Assembly: GCF_001194135.2 (NCBI RefSeq)
Contig: NC_068991.1
Coordinates: 8,900,799 to 8,952,886, forward strand
DNA from: Octopus bimaculoides
Taxonomy: Eukaryota
Reading direction: 5' to 3'
Length of the DNA: 52,088 nt
How positions within the stretch are numbered: the first letter of the stretch is position 1; every line of letters begins with the position of its first letter. Position numbers and translations under genes: made by a program. Positions 37,154 through 49,577 of this stretch are shown piece by piece. The notes below the pieces were generated by a model. It saw nothing but the letters and a program-made list of their open reading frames with translations. It did no database searches and was not told where the DNA came from.

Positions 37154-37663
37154 TAGTCTAATTGATAGAGGTGATATATACATATACATATATATATATC
37201 TCCCATGCTAGCATAGAAAAATTAATGTAAAATAATCTTATTTTTCCCTATATATAATAAAAAATAATTTGAGATTTCATAAAGCTGTCCAGGTTTACAG
37301 AGAATGCTTTAAAATGACAGTATGACCATCTAATCCATCTTTAGATATTACAATAGGCTGTGTGTAAAGTAAAGGAACCATGTTACAGAGTCCTTTCACA
37401 GAACAGGTGTAAAGAAGGCACTCAAAGTGTACTTGAAAGGGAGTACACTGGTCAATCACTGGTATATGGATGTCAATTCTGGGTTGACTGGTCAAACTGA
37501 CAATTTCACCATTTGTCTTTGTGAGGTTTGCAAGAAGCTGTTTGCTGGCATCATCTGAAGCAAATGAGAGAAAGGAAAAATAATATAATTTTAAAAAGTG
37601 CAGTAAGTGAGCATGGGAGATATATATATATGTATGTATATATCACCTCTATCAACTAGACTA
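37154..37663. repeat. Inverted repeat pair bracketing the NHLRC2 terminal coding exon
   Basis: 37154-37209 vs 37610-37663 (1 mismatch + 2-nt microsatellite indel), plus 37228-37247 vs 37574-37593 (18/20). Confidence 0.85.
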
Positions 37664-40600
37664 GGGGAATACTTGAATTAAGCAGAGTAAATAAACAGAA
37701 CGGGAGTATTTCAACTAGGCACAATGAGTTAACAAAACAGGAATGCTTATTTTCCTCTTGAATTCAGAATGGGATAGAGAGTTTGATATTTGTTTGTATG
37801 TATTAGTTGAAAGGGGAAGGGACAGGGCCCACAATGTTCCAAGACTGAAAGTGGGTGAAGAATGTTGAAGTTAACCTCAATTCTGGACTGAATATTTAAC
37901 TGGCACTCTATTGGTTAGGATGATAAGTGTTTCAGTTGATCCAGCCAATCATATTAATTTCACCCGCTTGTGAAATTAACATGCAAGTGGCCAAGCATTC
38001 CACAGGCATGCATACCCTTAATGTAGTTCTCAAGGAGATATAGCATGACACAGAATGTGACAAGGCTGGCCCTTTGAATTACTGGTACTACTCATTTTTG
38101 CCAGCTGAGGGGACTGGAGCAACGTGAAATAAAATGACTTGCTAAAGGACATTATGAGTTGCCCAGGAACTGAACTTACAACCTTACAGTTGTGAGTCAA
38201 ATGTGCTAACCACTAAACCACATGCCTTCACAATATTTACAACAAAGTGGACATCACTAAAGGCATCCAAGGACCAGGAGGTAGTCTCAAACTGGGAGAA
38301 AAATTAAGTCTACAACCCAACATAACACATGATCTATCAGATGGGTTTCTTAAGGTTTCTGTAAACCCAATTTCACAGAAAAAGCTAGGGTTAACCAGAG
38401 GCTATAATAGAAGATGCTACCTTAAGGTCCTGTGCAAAACGGGACTGAACAAAGAGAACTTCTTAAGCACATAACCAAAGAAAGATAGAAATAAATCCAA
38501 ACCTTCAGTGAAAATCTGCCAACAGCTGACCATGTCATTGGTCAATGAAACCCCACTTCTGAAACTGATGTCTAACTGGAATGTTAGACAACTTGATGAA
38601 CATAAACGGACAGTTTCCAAAAGCTGAGCTTTTGTCTTTTTTGGAGTGATGCGAAATCTTGTCTTATCTAAATTACAAGAATTTTCGTTTACCGATTCTT
38701 GTAGTTTTTCTATCTTCATAGGAAGCTGCAATGGAGAGAACAAAAATTAGAAATGATAAAACAGTGAAATGAGTGTTAATGATATCCAAGGAGATAAATT
38801 GTTATTATGTCATTGGAGAATAAACATCAATGAGTGTAATCAAAGTAATTAGTGCAACTGGTTTAAGTTACTTACATCGGACAGGGAGTTTGTATGTAAA
38901 TCAAACAGTTTTATGCGGTGGTTATTAGTATCTGCAATGTATATTAACTGCTTGGCTGCATCAACTGCCAGATCAGCCGGTTCGTTAAATGATGACAGTA
39001 ATGGATCAGTAGAAATCAAGTCCCCTGGCTGACCGCAACCAATCAATGTAGAACAAGATTTCGATGACAAATTGACGCGTTTGATCTGCAAAGGAGAGAG
39101 AGAGAAGCTGAAGTAAAGCAAAGGAAATGTTTATTATAAATAATACTTGGAAATAATCATGTAACTTCCTTACCGCAAAAAAACCCCCTGCAGAAATACA
39201 ACCAAAATACACACAGCATACATAATGACATGTATCTCAAGTGTTTTTGTAACCTGGGCTGTGGAGTCGGAGTCTTGGAGTCGGAGTTGTGGAGTCGGAG
39301 TTGTGGAGTCGGAGTTGTGGAGTCGGAGTCAGAAACAATTAAGGGGCAGTCAGATTTGGAGTTGGTAAAACTATACCGACTCCGATTCCGACGCACAATA
39401 TCTTTAATATAAACCAGTTACAACATATAGGCCTACTCAAAGTACAAGCGTATGCATATGCTTTATGAGATATGTAGACCACAATCACTTCATTACATAA
39501 AGAGGAGTCGGAGTCGGAATCGGAGTCGGAGGTGCCAATAGTACAGGAGTTGGAGTCAGAGTTTTTTGTTTCGACTCCACAGCCCTGCTTGCAACTCAAA
39601 AGACTATGGAGCATGAATACAAGATTTATGAAGTAACAGCAGCCTTACCTTGTGGTTATAAGTATCAGCAATTATGAGGGGACCATCGGGAGAATCAGTT
39701 AACAGCTCAACTCCAAGAGGATGTTGCAATTTTGCCTCAATGCCGGAACCATCCACATCGCCAAAAGCAAAAAGATTCTACAATTAAAGATTAAGAAATA
39801 GATAACTGATATAATTAACGATTTATTTAAATTATATAAAATTTTAAAGAACTACTGTAGGTAAATAGAATAAAAATTGGCAGAAAAAGGGAAATGGATT
39901 GTTACCCTTCCTAAGTATACACATATTTACCATTCATTGGAGTGCGGCCATACTGGGGCATTGCCTTCAAGGGTTTAACTCTTTAGCATTCAAATTATTG
40001 TCAAATGTAACACTCATTTATTCACGCATTATCCAACAGCTCATAGCTGAGATGTGATAGTTTATTTTTAGAATGACATTGTAGGGTAGGTATGAGAGGC
40101 CAGATCTGGCCAACTTGAACATAAAAGAGGCAGGATATTCTGGCCAGATATGGCCTGTTTAAATGCTAAAGGCTTAAATCAAACAAATCATTGACAGTAC
40201 CTTTTTTTTTTTTTTATTCCATTTAGTCTCTTATGCCAAACCTCTTTGTTACTGGCATGTAAACAAACCAACACAGGTTGTCAAGCAGTGATGAGAGAGA
40301 TATACTCATGCACACACAGATATACACATATATACAACAGGATTCTTTCAGTTTCCATCTACNNNNNNNNNNNNNNNNNNNNNNNNNNNNNNNNNNNNNN
40401 NNNNNNNNNNNNNNNNNNNNNNNNNNNNNNNNNNNNNNNNNNNNNNNNNNNNNNNNNNNNNNNNNNNNNNNNNNNNNNNNNNNNNNNNNNNNNNNNNNNN
40501 NNNNNNNNNNNNNNNNNNNNNNNNNNNNNNNNNNNNNNNNNNNNNNNNNNNNNNNNNNNNNNNNNNNNNNNNNNNNNNNNNNNNNNNNNNNNNNNNNNNN

Positions 40601-43600
40601 NNNNNNNNNNNNNNNNNNNNNNNNNTATATAACAGAGTTATTAGTGAGGGTTTATTAATCTGGGCAAAATATTTTAGATTAGTAAAGAACTCCAAATATT
40701 CTTGTGGCAGGGTCCAAGGTTATGGTTCATCGCCATTCTATGTTGTAAATCCATGGTTATGTTTCAGTTATAGTGTTTTTTTTTTGTGCAGTTATACAAC
40801 ACATGACATAAATAACAGTCAACCTGAAGGCATTGGTCAACCTGAAGAAATAGTAGAAGACAACTGCCCAAGCTGCCACATGGTGAAAATGAACCTGAAA
40901 CCATGTGGTTATGAAGCAAACTTCTCAACCACACCTGCAGCCATCTAATAATTTACATATTTATATAAAGGGTAAAGACCCCCTTCGGTCATGAATGACC
41001 GTGGGATTGCACCCAGAAAGTTACCCTCCAAAGACTGACACAGCTTGGCACCAGTGCCGTTGCAACTCATTTCTACAGCTGAGTGAAATGGAACAATGTG
41101 AAATAAATGGTCTTGCTCAAGAATACAACACACAACCCAGTCCAGGAATTGAACTCACTACCTCATGATTGTGAGCCCGACTCTCTAACCTCTGAGCCAT
41201 GCGCCTTCACTTACATTTACATAATACTTTCTATAATACGATAAATACATAATAATTTATACAATAGTTATATATTAATTTAAATATTATATATAATTAC
41301 ACAATAATTTATACAACTATGTAGGAGTTTACATCAATTATGATTCAATTAAATATGATGAGAAGATTACAGTAATTTGAATTTACTGGACTTTGAATCT
41401 CTTATTTATATTTTATATATAACTTGTTTATATATATATAGCTAAATTATATATATATAAGAGTGCATGTATATAAACACCAACAATGAAATTAACAGAC
41501 TGGAGAAATATAGTAAACATCTCTCATAATAACACACCTTGTAATTAAGAAGATTAATTATGTGTGAAATAAAGCCATGATAATTAGGATTATTAAAGGG
41601 GATTAGTAACACCGGCCAAAGCTATATTTTCCAAACGACTTTCTAAATAGCCTTTAATCCTCCCTCCCATGCAAACACACACAACAGAGCCTATCTAAGG
41701 TTGCTTGACCAGTTAGAAATAATTTTCAGATCATACCATATTTACTTGGGTAGTCCTCATATATGCTGCTATTTTGATGCCACAAGTGTCTATGTGTTTA
41801 CAGACTGTATGCATGGTCACATTTGGTTGTGTGGTAAAGCATTTCTTTTCGTAACCCATGTAGTCTCAGGTTCAGTCCCACCATGCAGCATTCTTTTGAC
41901 TGCAGCCATGCTGGAGCACCGCCTTTAGTCGAGAAAATCGACTCCAGGACTTATTCTATCGATCTCTTTTTGCTGAACCGCTAAGTTACGGGGGCGTAAA
42001 CACACCAGCATCGGTTGTCAAGCGATAGTGGGGGGGACAAACACAGACAAACAAACACACACACACACACACATATATATGACAGGCTTCTTTCAGTTTC
42101 TGTCTACCAAATCCACTCACAAGGCTTTGGTTGGCCCGAGGCTATAGTGGAAGACACTTGCCCAAGGTGCCACGCAGTGAGACTGAACCCGGAACCATGT
42201 GGTTGGTAAGCAAGCTACTTACCACACAGCCACTCCTTTGACAACAAAGATATACTAATATATATATATATTTGACAACATGGTCACACTAGTAAATATA
42301 TTTTTGACAATATAGGGACACTAGTATATATCAAGTTACCGTAGGATTTCTCTCAGCTCCAACAACTGCTCGGACGGCCTGTGATTTCAAGTCAAAACAC
42401 CGAATACTTGAACTCTCACAGTCAGCGATGTAGACACAATGCTGTGATGGACAGTAAGTTATTCCGGATGGCTGTGCAAAGGAAGCTTTCAAAGGGTAGC
42501 TGTTGTTCCGGTTCTCTTCACACCCGCTGCCAGCAACGCAGACACAGGTACCGCATTCATATTGGCTGTTGTATAGAATATTTAGAAAACAAATACAAAA
42601 CATTAGGTAAAAAAATGACTTCAGTTTTAACAAGAGCAACATAATAAATGTTAAAATGGTGATGACAATAATCCTTTCTATTACAGGGACAAGTCCTGAA
42701 ATTTAGGGGGAGGGCTAGTCGATTACTTTGTCTCCAATGCTTAAGTGGTTACTGATTTCACTGAATTGAAAGGATAGAAGGCAAAGTCCACCTCAGCAGA
42801 ATATAAACTCAGAACATAAAAACAGATGAAATGTTGCTAGGCCTTTTGCTCAGCTTGCGAACAATTCTTATTTCTTTATTGCCCACAAGGGGCTAAACAT
42901 AGAGGGGACAAAGAGATTAAGTCGATTACATCGACCCCAGTGCATAACTGGTACTTAATTTATCAACCCCGAAAGGATAAAAGGCAAAGTCGACCTTGGC
43001 GGAATTTGAACTCAGAATGTAAAGACAGACGAAATACCGCTAAGCATTTCGCCCGGTATGCTAATGTTTCTGCCAGCTCGCTGCCTTAATGATGATGATG
43101 ATTTATTCTAATTTTAACCAGCAATTTTGAGGGGACAGAACAAATCACTTACATTTACTCTGGTATTTGATGCGTGTGGCCTAGTAGTTAAGTTGTTGCA
43201 CTCATGATCGCTAGATTGTGGGTTCGATTCTCTGATTGAGCAGTGCATTGTGTTCTTGAGCAAAACACTTCATTTTGCTCCACAACCCTTTCAATCAGTA
43301 GGGAATGTTAATCTGCTTGCCTAGCCAGCTGGGTGGCGCCATTTGAAGGCTAAAACAAGTGATGTGTAACAACATCTGATAACCTGGTTGGTTGATCATT
43401 TGACTGGAAATTTTATCTTATAATGAAGTAAGGGCTAGAGTGCTACGACCCAGGAAACAAGAAAGATAAAGTTAATGTAAATATTTATTTAATGAATACA
43501 CCATTGTGAAATGATCTTTCTCTGCATTATGATAGGGTACAGGTGAAAGGAGAAACAGGAATGAGATTTTGGTACATTCATGCTTTTCTCATAGAACAAA

Positions 43601-46401
43601 ATAAAATAATTCCAATGGAAGATACCCAGTAGTTGTAAAGCAATACTGTGATGAAATGGTTATTTACCTCTTTTGAAACCAAACTGTATCTTGCAAGAAA
43701 TAGGCCCAGATTTGATGTGAACCAGCCAGAGCAATCAGGAGGACATCGTGTTTACCAGAAACTGAAACTGAAACAGAGATTAGATTTTATACCTAACATT
43801 TTTAGAAATCACAATGTTATAAATTACTCTGGTTTCTGTCACATTATGTGGGTACAAGACACATCTCTCCATGTAGGGCAAGCTAGTCTGTTACAGGGTA
43901 ACTTCTCTCAAGCTGAAGATCTGAAACCAATCACAAATAGCCAGGTTAGGTTGACTGCAACTGTTATTAGAATAATAATAATAATCCTTTCTACAAAAGG
44001 CACAAGCCCTGAAATTTTGGGGGAGGGGTTAAGTCAATCACACTGACCCCAGTACTCCACTGGTACTTAATTTATCAACCCTGAAAGGATGAAAGGCAAA
44101 GTCGACCTCAGTGGAATTTGAACTCAGAACATAAGGACAGACGAAATGGCACTAAGTATTTTGGCCAGCATGCTAACCATTCTGCCAGGAACTTAGACCA
44201 TAAAGAGCTAGGACAATTATTGCAAGGCATTTTGTCTTACATTCTAACAATTCTGTTAATAATAATAATCCTTTCTAATATAGGCACAAGGCCTGAAATT
44301 TTGCAGGGGGTATAAGTTGATTACATCAACTCCAGTACTCAAATGGTACTTATTTCATTGACACCGAAAAGATAAAAGGCAAGGTGATAGTAAGAGTCTC
44401 ACACACATGCACATGACAGGCTTCTTCCAGTTTCCAGCTATAATAGAAGACACTTGCCTAAGGTGCCACGCAGTGGGACTGAACCTGGAATCATGGTCAT
44501 GTGGTTGAGAAGCAAACTTTTTACCATACAGCCATACAAAAACTGTATTGTGGTCCTACAACTGTACACAATACTATCAATATCTTTCGTTCCTATAGGG
44601 TACTTACCAACAGAAGGTACCATCACCAAATCATAAGGAGAGCAGAGGGGTTGCTGTGTACCAAGCTTTCCTCCTTCTTTATCATCACCTTGGAAACCGG
44701 TTCCTGCAATTGTGGTGACTTCATTGTTGGACAGATCAATCTACGACGACACAAGAATCAGAAAACAATATGAGTTAGGGAGAATAACAGATACTACGTG
44801 GCTCAAATTCCATGGAATAATTTAGGGAGAGCGACAGATACAGAGTAACTCAAACTCCCAAGTGTGAGTTATGGAGAGAGTGTGAAAAAAGAGTAAGTGT
44901 GTGAGAGAGAGAGAGAGAGTGTGTGTGTCTGAGAGAAACAGAAAGAGAGAGTATGTGTGAGTGAGTGTTACCTTTCTCACAGAATGGTTATCACAGTCGG
45001 CAACGTACAATGTCTGGTTGTTTAGGACCAAACCCTGAGGATTATTGAATCTGGCATTTTGAAACGAACCATCTTGAAACCCTTTCTCAGGTCCTCCAAT
45101 AACAGTCTGAAATAACAAGAGTAGAAACATGTATAACTTAATGTCACTCATGACCTGAGCATGGATAACAGTCTTGTTTTTTTGAATGGTTTCCGTTAAA
45201 TTTTTAATGACATTGAATATAATGATAATGGTGAATCCATCTCCCTCTCTCTCTCTCACACACATACAGAGGTACACACATTAAGAGGCATACATGTGAT
45301 AGTAAAAAAAAAATGATAAAAGCAATGATGATGGTGATGATGATAGTGGTGCTGATGATAACATATAATAGTTACAACAATAATGTAATGATGATGATGA
45401 TGATGATGAGGTTAGTAGTAGTGGTTGTGATATTAGTTTGGGGAGATAATTATGGTAATGACAATGATAATAGTGTGATGATGTTGACAGTGGTGATGGT
45501 GATGGTGGTGGTTTTGAAAATATTCTTTTCTACTCTAGGCACAAGGCCCGAAATTTTGGGGGAAGGGGCCCAGTCGATTAGATCGACCCCAGTACCCAAC
45601 TGGTACTTAATTTATCAACCCCGAAAGGATGAAAAGCAAAGTTGACCTCGGCGGAATTTGAATTCAGAACGTAAAGACAGACGAAATGTGGTTTTGAAAA
45701 TATTGATAGTTATCATGATTTTCACCAAGGTAGTGATGAGTCACAACAACAATAAGAATGGTTTCTGAGCTCAACGCAAGGCCAGCAGTTTAGAAAGGAG
45801 AGAGTTAATCAATAACATCAACCTTAGTACTCGACTAAGTTTATAAAAAGGATGAAAGACAAAACTGACTATGATGGGATTTGAACTCAGAACGTAAGGA
45901 GCCAAAACAGATATGGCAAGAGATTTTTTTTTTTTTCCACATTCTAATAACTCTGACAGCTCACCACCTAACAATAAAAGTCATAATAATCCTTTTTTAT
46001 TTTGGTATGAGGATAGCAAATTTGAGGGTAAGGAACTCAATTACATCAACCTCGGCAGAATTTGAACTCAGAATGTAAGGAGTTGGAAGCAATTTGTCTG
46101 ACATGTTAATGATTCTGCCAGTTTACCACCTTAAAAATAATAATAATAATCCTTTCTACTATAGGCACAAGGCCTGAAATTTGGGGGTGGGGGATAGTCG
46201 ATTACATTGACCCCCAATATTCAGCTGGTACTTATTTTATTGACCCTGAAAGGATGAAAGGCAAAGTCGACCTTGGTGGAATTTGAACCCAGAATGTGAA
46301 GACGGACAAAATACCACCAAGCATTTCACCCGGCACGCTAACCATTCTGCCAACCTGCCACCTTACTTAATAATAATAATAATATTTTTAGTACTAGTGA
46401 C

Positions 46402-46435
<34 letters not shown>

Positions 46436-47125
46436 GTAGTGGTGGTGGTGATGATGATGATGATAGTGACACTAAAAAAACGATGCTGATTCTTACATTA
46501 AGAATACTTACCTTAATGACACCTGAGGTAAGATCACAGCCAAGTATTCTATTGTGACCACTGTCTGAAATGTATAACGTTGACCCCTGACTATCAACAC
46601 ACAGCTTGCCAGGAAACTGGAGAATGTCTTCGCATCTCTCTAAATCATTTTTCTCGAAATGTAGTGGCAACTGGTGAGGTTTTATTAATCCAGTCTCCCC
46701 GTAATACTCTAAGGCAACATCAACAAATTCCAATATTCTCTGTCTGTTACCTTCTCCAGCAAACGAGTGAAGATACTCATTGTTAGGCCCAAGGACAACA
46801 AAGGTTGGCCAACAGTTTATCATGAGTTCATTCCAGAGGTAAGCATCAGGATCATTAATGACAGGGTGCATGATGTTGTGACGTAGCACAGCATTCCTTA
46901 CATTGTCCAGCACTTTCTCGTTGTTGAATTTAGCTGAATGGACACCGATCACAACCACACCTTTCTCTATGCTGTAAGTTTCCTCCAGCACTTCCAAGTC
47001 TGGCAAAACATGAAGGCAATTCATGCAGCAGTAAGTAAAGAAGTCTAAGACGGCCACTTTACCCTTCAGATGGTTGGTCAGTGAGAGAGGAACAGAGTTC
47101 AGCCAGTCACAACCTTTACAATAAA

Positions 47126-47164
<39 letters not shown>

Positions 47165-49577
47165 AAGAAAAAGACATGAAAGTGTTGAGAAAAAAAATAT
47201 ATGTGATACAGTAACACAAGGGTACAGATCTACATATCTAACCCTTTAGATATCCACCCAAAATATCCTACCTACAATGTCATTCGAAAAATAAAACACT
47301 CCTGAATAGGCACAGGAGTGGCTGTGTGGTAAGTAGCTTGCTTACCAACCACATGGTCCTAGGTTCAGTCCCACTGTGTGGTACTTTGGGCAATGGATTT
47401 GGTAGACGGAAACTGAAAGAAACCCGTCGTATATATGTATGTGTGTGTATATGTTTGTATGTCTGTGTTTGTTCCCCAACATCGCTTGACAACCGATGCT
47501 GGTGTGTTTACGTCCCTGTAACTTAGTGGTTCAGCAAAAGAGACTGATAGAATAAGTACTAGGCTTACAAAGAATAAGTCCTGGGGTCGATTTGCTCGAC
47601 TAAAAGCAGTGCTCCAGCATGGCCGCAGTCAAATGACTGAAACAAGTAAAAGAGTAACCACATCATCAGACTCTTGAAGCTTTGAGATAATGCAATGACT
47701 AATTCAAAACAATGTGAATAAACAAGGATTACATTTGATAGAATAATCTGAATGCTAAAGGGTTTAGAAGTGCTAAATCACTTTAGGAGCAAGTTTTCAA
47801 AATAACCATATTTGATGGCATAGGAGACACGCCCTTATTTCAGCTGTACAAATTCAGGAAAGGAGTTTTTAGTGCATTAACACTTTAGCATTCGAACCAG
47901 CCATATCTGGCCAAAATATTCTACTTATTTTATGTTGAACCTGGCCAGATCTGGCCCCCTGTCATCTACCCTGTAATATCATTGTGAAAAATAAACAATC
48001 ACTTCATCTAAATCTCAAAGCTACAAGAGAATGCATGAATAATCCAAAGCAGTGAATAAATAAGCATCACATTTGACCAAGTAATCTGAATACTAAAGGG
48101 TTAAAGGCAAATATTCTTATACTGGCTTAAGGTGCGTCTATAGATTTATTGTAGAAACTTTCCATACTGAGCCAGGGTGAGGTCTATTTATAACTTTATT
48201 TATGGCTTGTTTCAAGAATTCCAAGAAGAAAAAAAAAAAACGTTTTGCTACACACAAAAGGGTTGGCTGACGCAATTTTGATGTCTAAAAATAAATTTTA
48301 TGATAAAGAAAGTCTGAAATCAGCGACTGAAATTTAAATAAAGGGTAGACCAACAAGCATATTATAACGATCGCAATAATAGTTATGTTAATGTAAATTA
48401 ATAATGAAGCAAAAGTTAATATAACTGTGTATATGTACTGTTAGTGTCTACAACGACTGTCAGGGTGTAATGTTTATTTGACTTGGTGTGTTTATACCAA
48501 TTTGTCTGCATCGAGAATTTTCGGTTAATATAAAGATCTTCACTCGTTCACAAAAGCCAAAAGAAGACAGCCTGTTGGGTGTTAACAACTGTGAGAAAAC
48601 GAATATGACAAAAAAAAAATTGCGCAAACGAACCAGGTGGGGGAGAACTTTCGGAAAATTCACAAGATCCGATTTTTCCGTCATAACTTTCGGGAAAATG
48701 GATATATATTGATTTTATTTTTTAACGGAATCCCACGTTTTTGGTTATGGAGGATCCGATTCTGAAAAAAATTGAAATTTTAAAAATGCGATTTTTGAAA
48801 AATTTCTTTTTTTTTCAGAATAGTATCCTCCATAACCCCAAAACGTGGGATTCCGTTAAAAAAAAAAAATCAATATATATATATATATATATATACATTT
48901 TTCCGAAAGTTATGACGGAAAATCGGATCTTGTGAATTTTTCCGAAAGTCCTCTCCCCACCCCCAGGTTTATTTGCGCAATTTTTTTTTGTCATTCGTTT
49001 TCTACACATTTGTTAACACCCAGAAGGCTGCTTTTTTGTTTTGTTTTTGTTAACGGGTGAAGATCTTTATATTAACCGAATTTTCCTCCATGACAAGATG
49101 TGTGCGTATATATATATATACACACACACACACAGGTGGATGTTCAACAAGTACAAAATCATTTTGAATTTCCTTAATAATAAAGCCGTTAATTTACAAT
49201 ACAACGGAAGCCGATCATGCGACGTTCATGCTTTTTCTGGAACAAACTGAAGCAACTGGACAGTCGAAACCGCTTGGCGAAGTCAGCTCGATATAAGTTT
49301 AGCGAAACAGAAATAAAGAATGAGCGAAAGTATGTTTTAGTTTGAAGAAACAATAAAAAATGATAGTTATACCGTTAAAAACTATAGAAATATATAGATC
49401 TAAATAACTGGATATTAACTAACCGACAGGAAAATCTGGTATTGTGAATTTGTACTTGGAACTAATTAATGCCAAATGTTCGGTAATCAGATCCCGTCTT
49501 TCCTTTTGAAGAAGTGTTTCTTCTAATTTCATCTCCAGGTCTCCGCATAATTCCAAGACACTGTTTAGATCCGCCAT
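37295..49577 (-). CDS. NHLRC2: NHL repeat-containing protein 2 (thioredoxin-like domain + NHL beta-propeller + C-terminal beta domain), 723 aa, 10 coding exons
   Basis: Minus-strand exons 49577-49424, 47113-46512, 45106-44972, 44740-44608, 43767-43668, 42565-42340, 39777-39649, 39085-38876, 38725-38503, 37554-37295 (2172 nt, phases consistent). Motifs [81 protein letters not shown] and FNEPADL match recalled NHLRC2. Confidence 0.93.
39254..39587. mobile_element. hAT-type MITE with GGAGTC(G/T) subterminal repeats, NHLRC2 intron 7
   Basis: TIRs C(T/A)GGGCTGTGGAGTCG at both ends (1 mismatch in 16); flanks TTTGTAAC / CTTGCAAC resemble a decayed 8-bp TSD; internal tandem GGAGTCGGAGTTGT repeats. 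Confidence 0.75.
39979..40173 (-). mobile_element. piggyBac-type MITE (TTAA TSD)
   Basis: TTAA|CTCTTTAGCATT ... AATGCTAAAGGC|TTAA; the body is the reverse complement of 47881-48100. Confidence 0.75.
41894..42237 (-). mobile_element. SINE family B in NHLRC2 intron 6
   Basis: Head AGGAGTGGCTGTGTGGTAAGTAGCTTGCTTACCAACCACATGG on the minus strand, identical to the head of the 47314 copy. Confidence 0.85.
42680..43087 (-). mobile_element. Two head-to-tail family A SINE copies in NHLRC2 intron 5
   Basis: Repeated blocks GTCGATTAC...AAAGGATA.AAGGCAAAGTC.ACCT...GAACTCAGAA at about 42715-42860 and 42915-43087. Confidence 0.8.
43985..46355 (-). repeat. Cluster of same-orientation family A SINE copies and (GAT)n/(GA)n microsatellites in NHLRC2 introns 2-4
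   Basis: Copies at about 43985-44190, 44270-44395, 45525-45690, 45870-45970, 46000-46130 and 46150-46355, all on the minus strand. The interval also contains NHLRC2 exons 3 and 4. Confidence 0.7.
46400..46462. repeat. (GAT)n/(GGT)n trinucleotide microsatellite just downstream (in gene direction) of NHLRC2 exon 2
   Basis: Direct reading; a similar degenerate array lies at 45325-45510. Confidence 0.85.
47314..47655 (+). mobile_element. SINE family B in NHLRC2 intron 1 (central deletion)
   Basis: Same head as the 42237 copy in the opposite orientation; tail CAAATGACTGAAACAAGTAAAAGAGTAA. Confidence 0.85.
47881..48100 (+). mobile_element. piggyBac-type MITE (TTAA TSD)
   Basis: TTAA|CACTTTAGCATTC ... 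GAATACTAAAGGG|TTAA; a partial third copy ends at about 47765. Confidence 0.78.
48502..49096. repeat. About 600-bp foldback palindrome (MITE-like) in NHLRC2 intron 1
   Basis: Arms of about 290 bp pair around a centre near 48790. For example CGGTTAATATAAAGATCTTCAC (48522-48543) is the exact reverse complement of 49057-49078. Confidence 0.85.

Noticed and set aside
39262-39330. Regular GGAGTCGGAGTTGT repeats suggesting a CRISPR-like array
   Set aside because: Eukaryotic context, no unique spacers; they are subterminal repeats of a hAT-type MITE.
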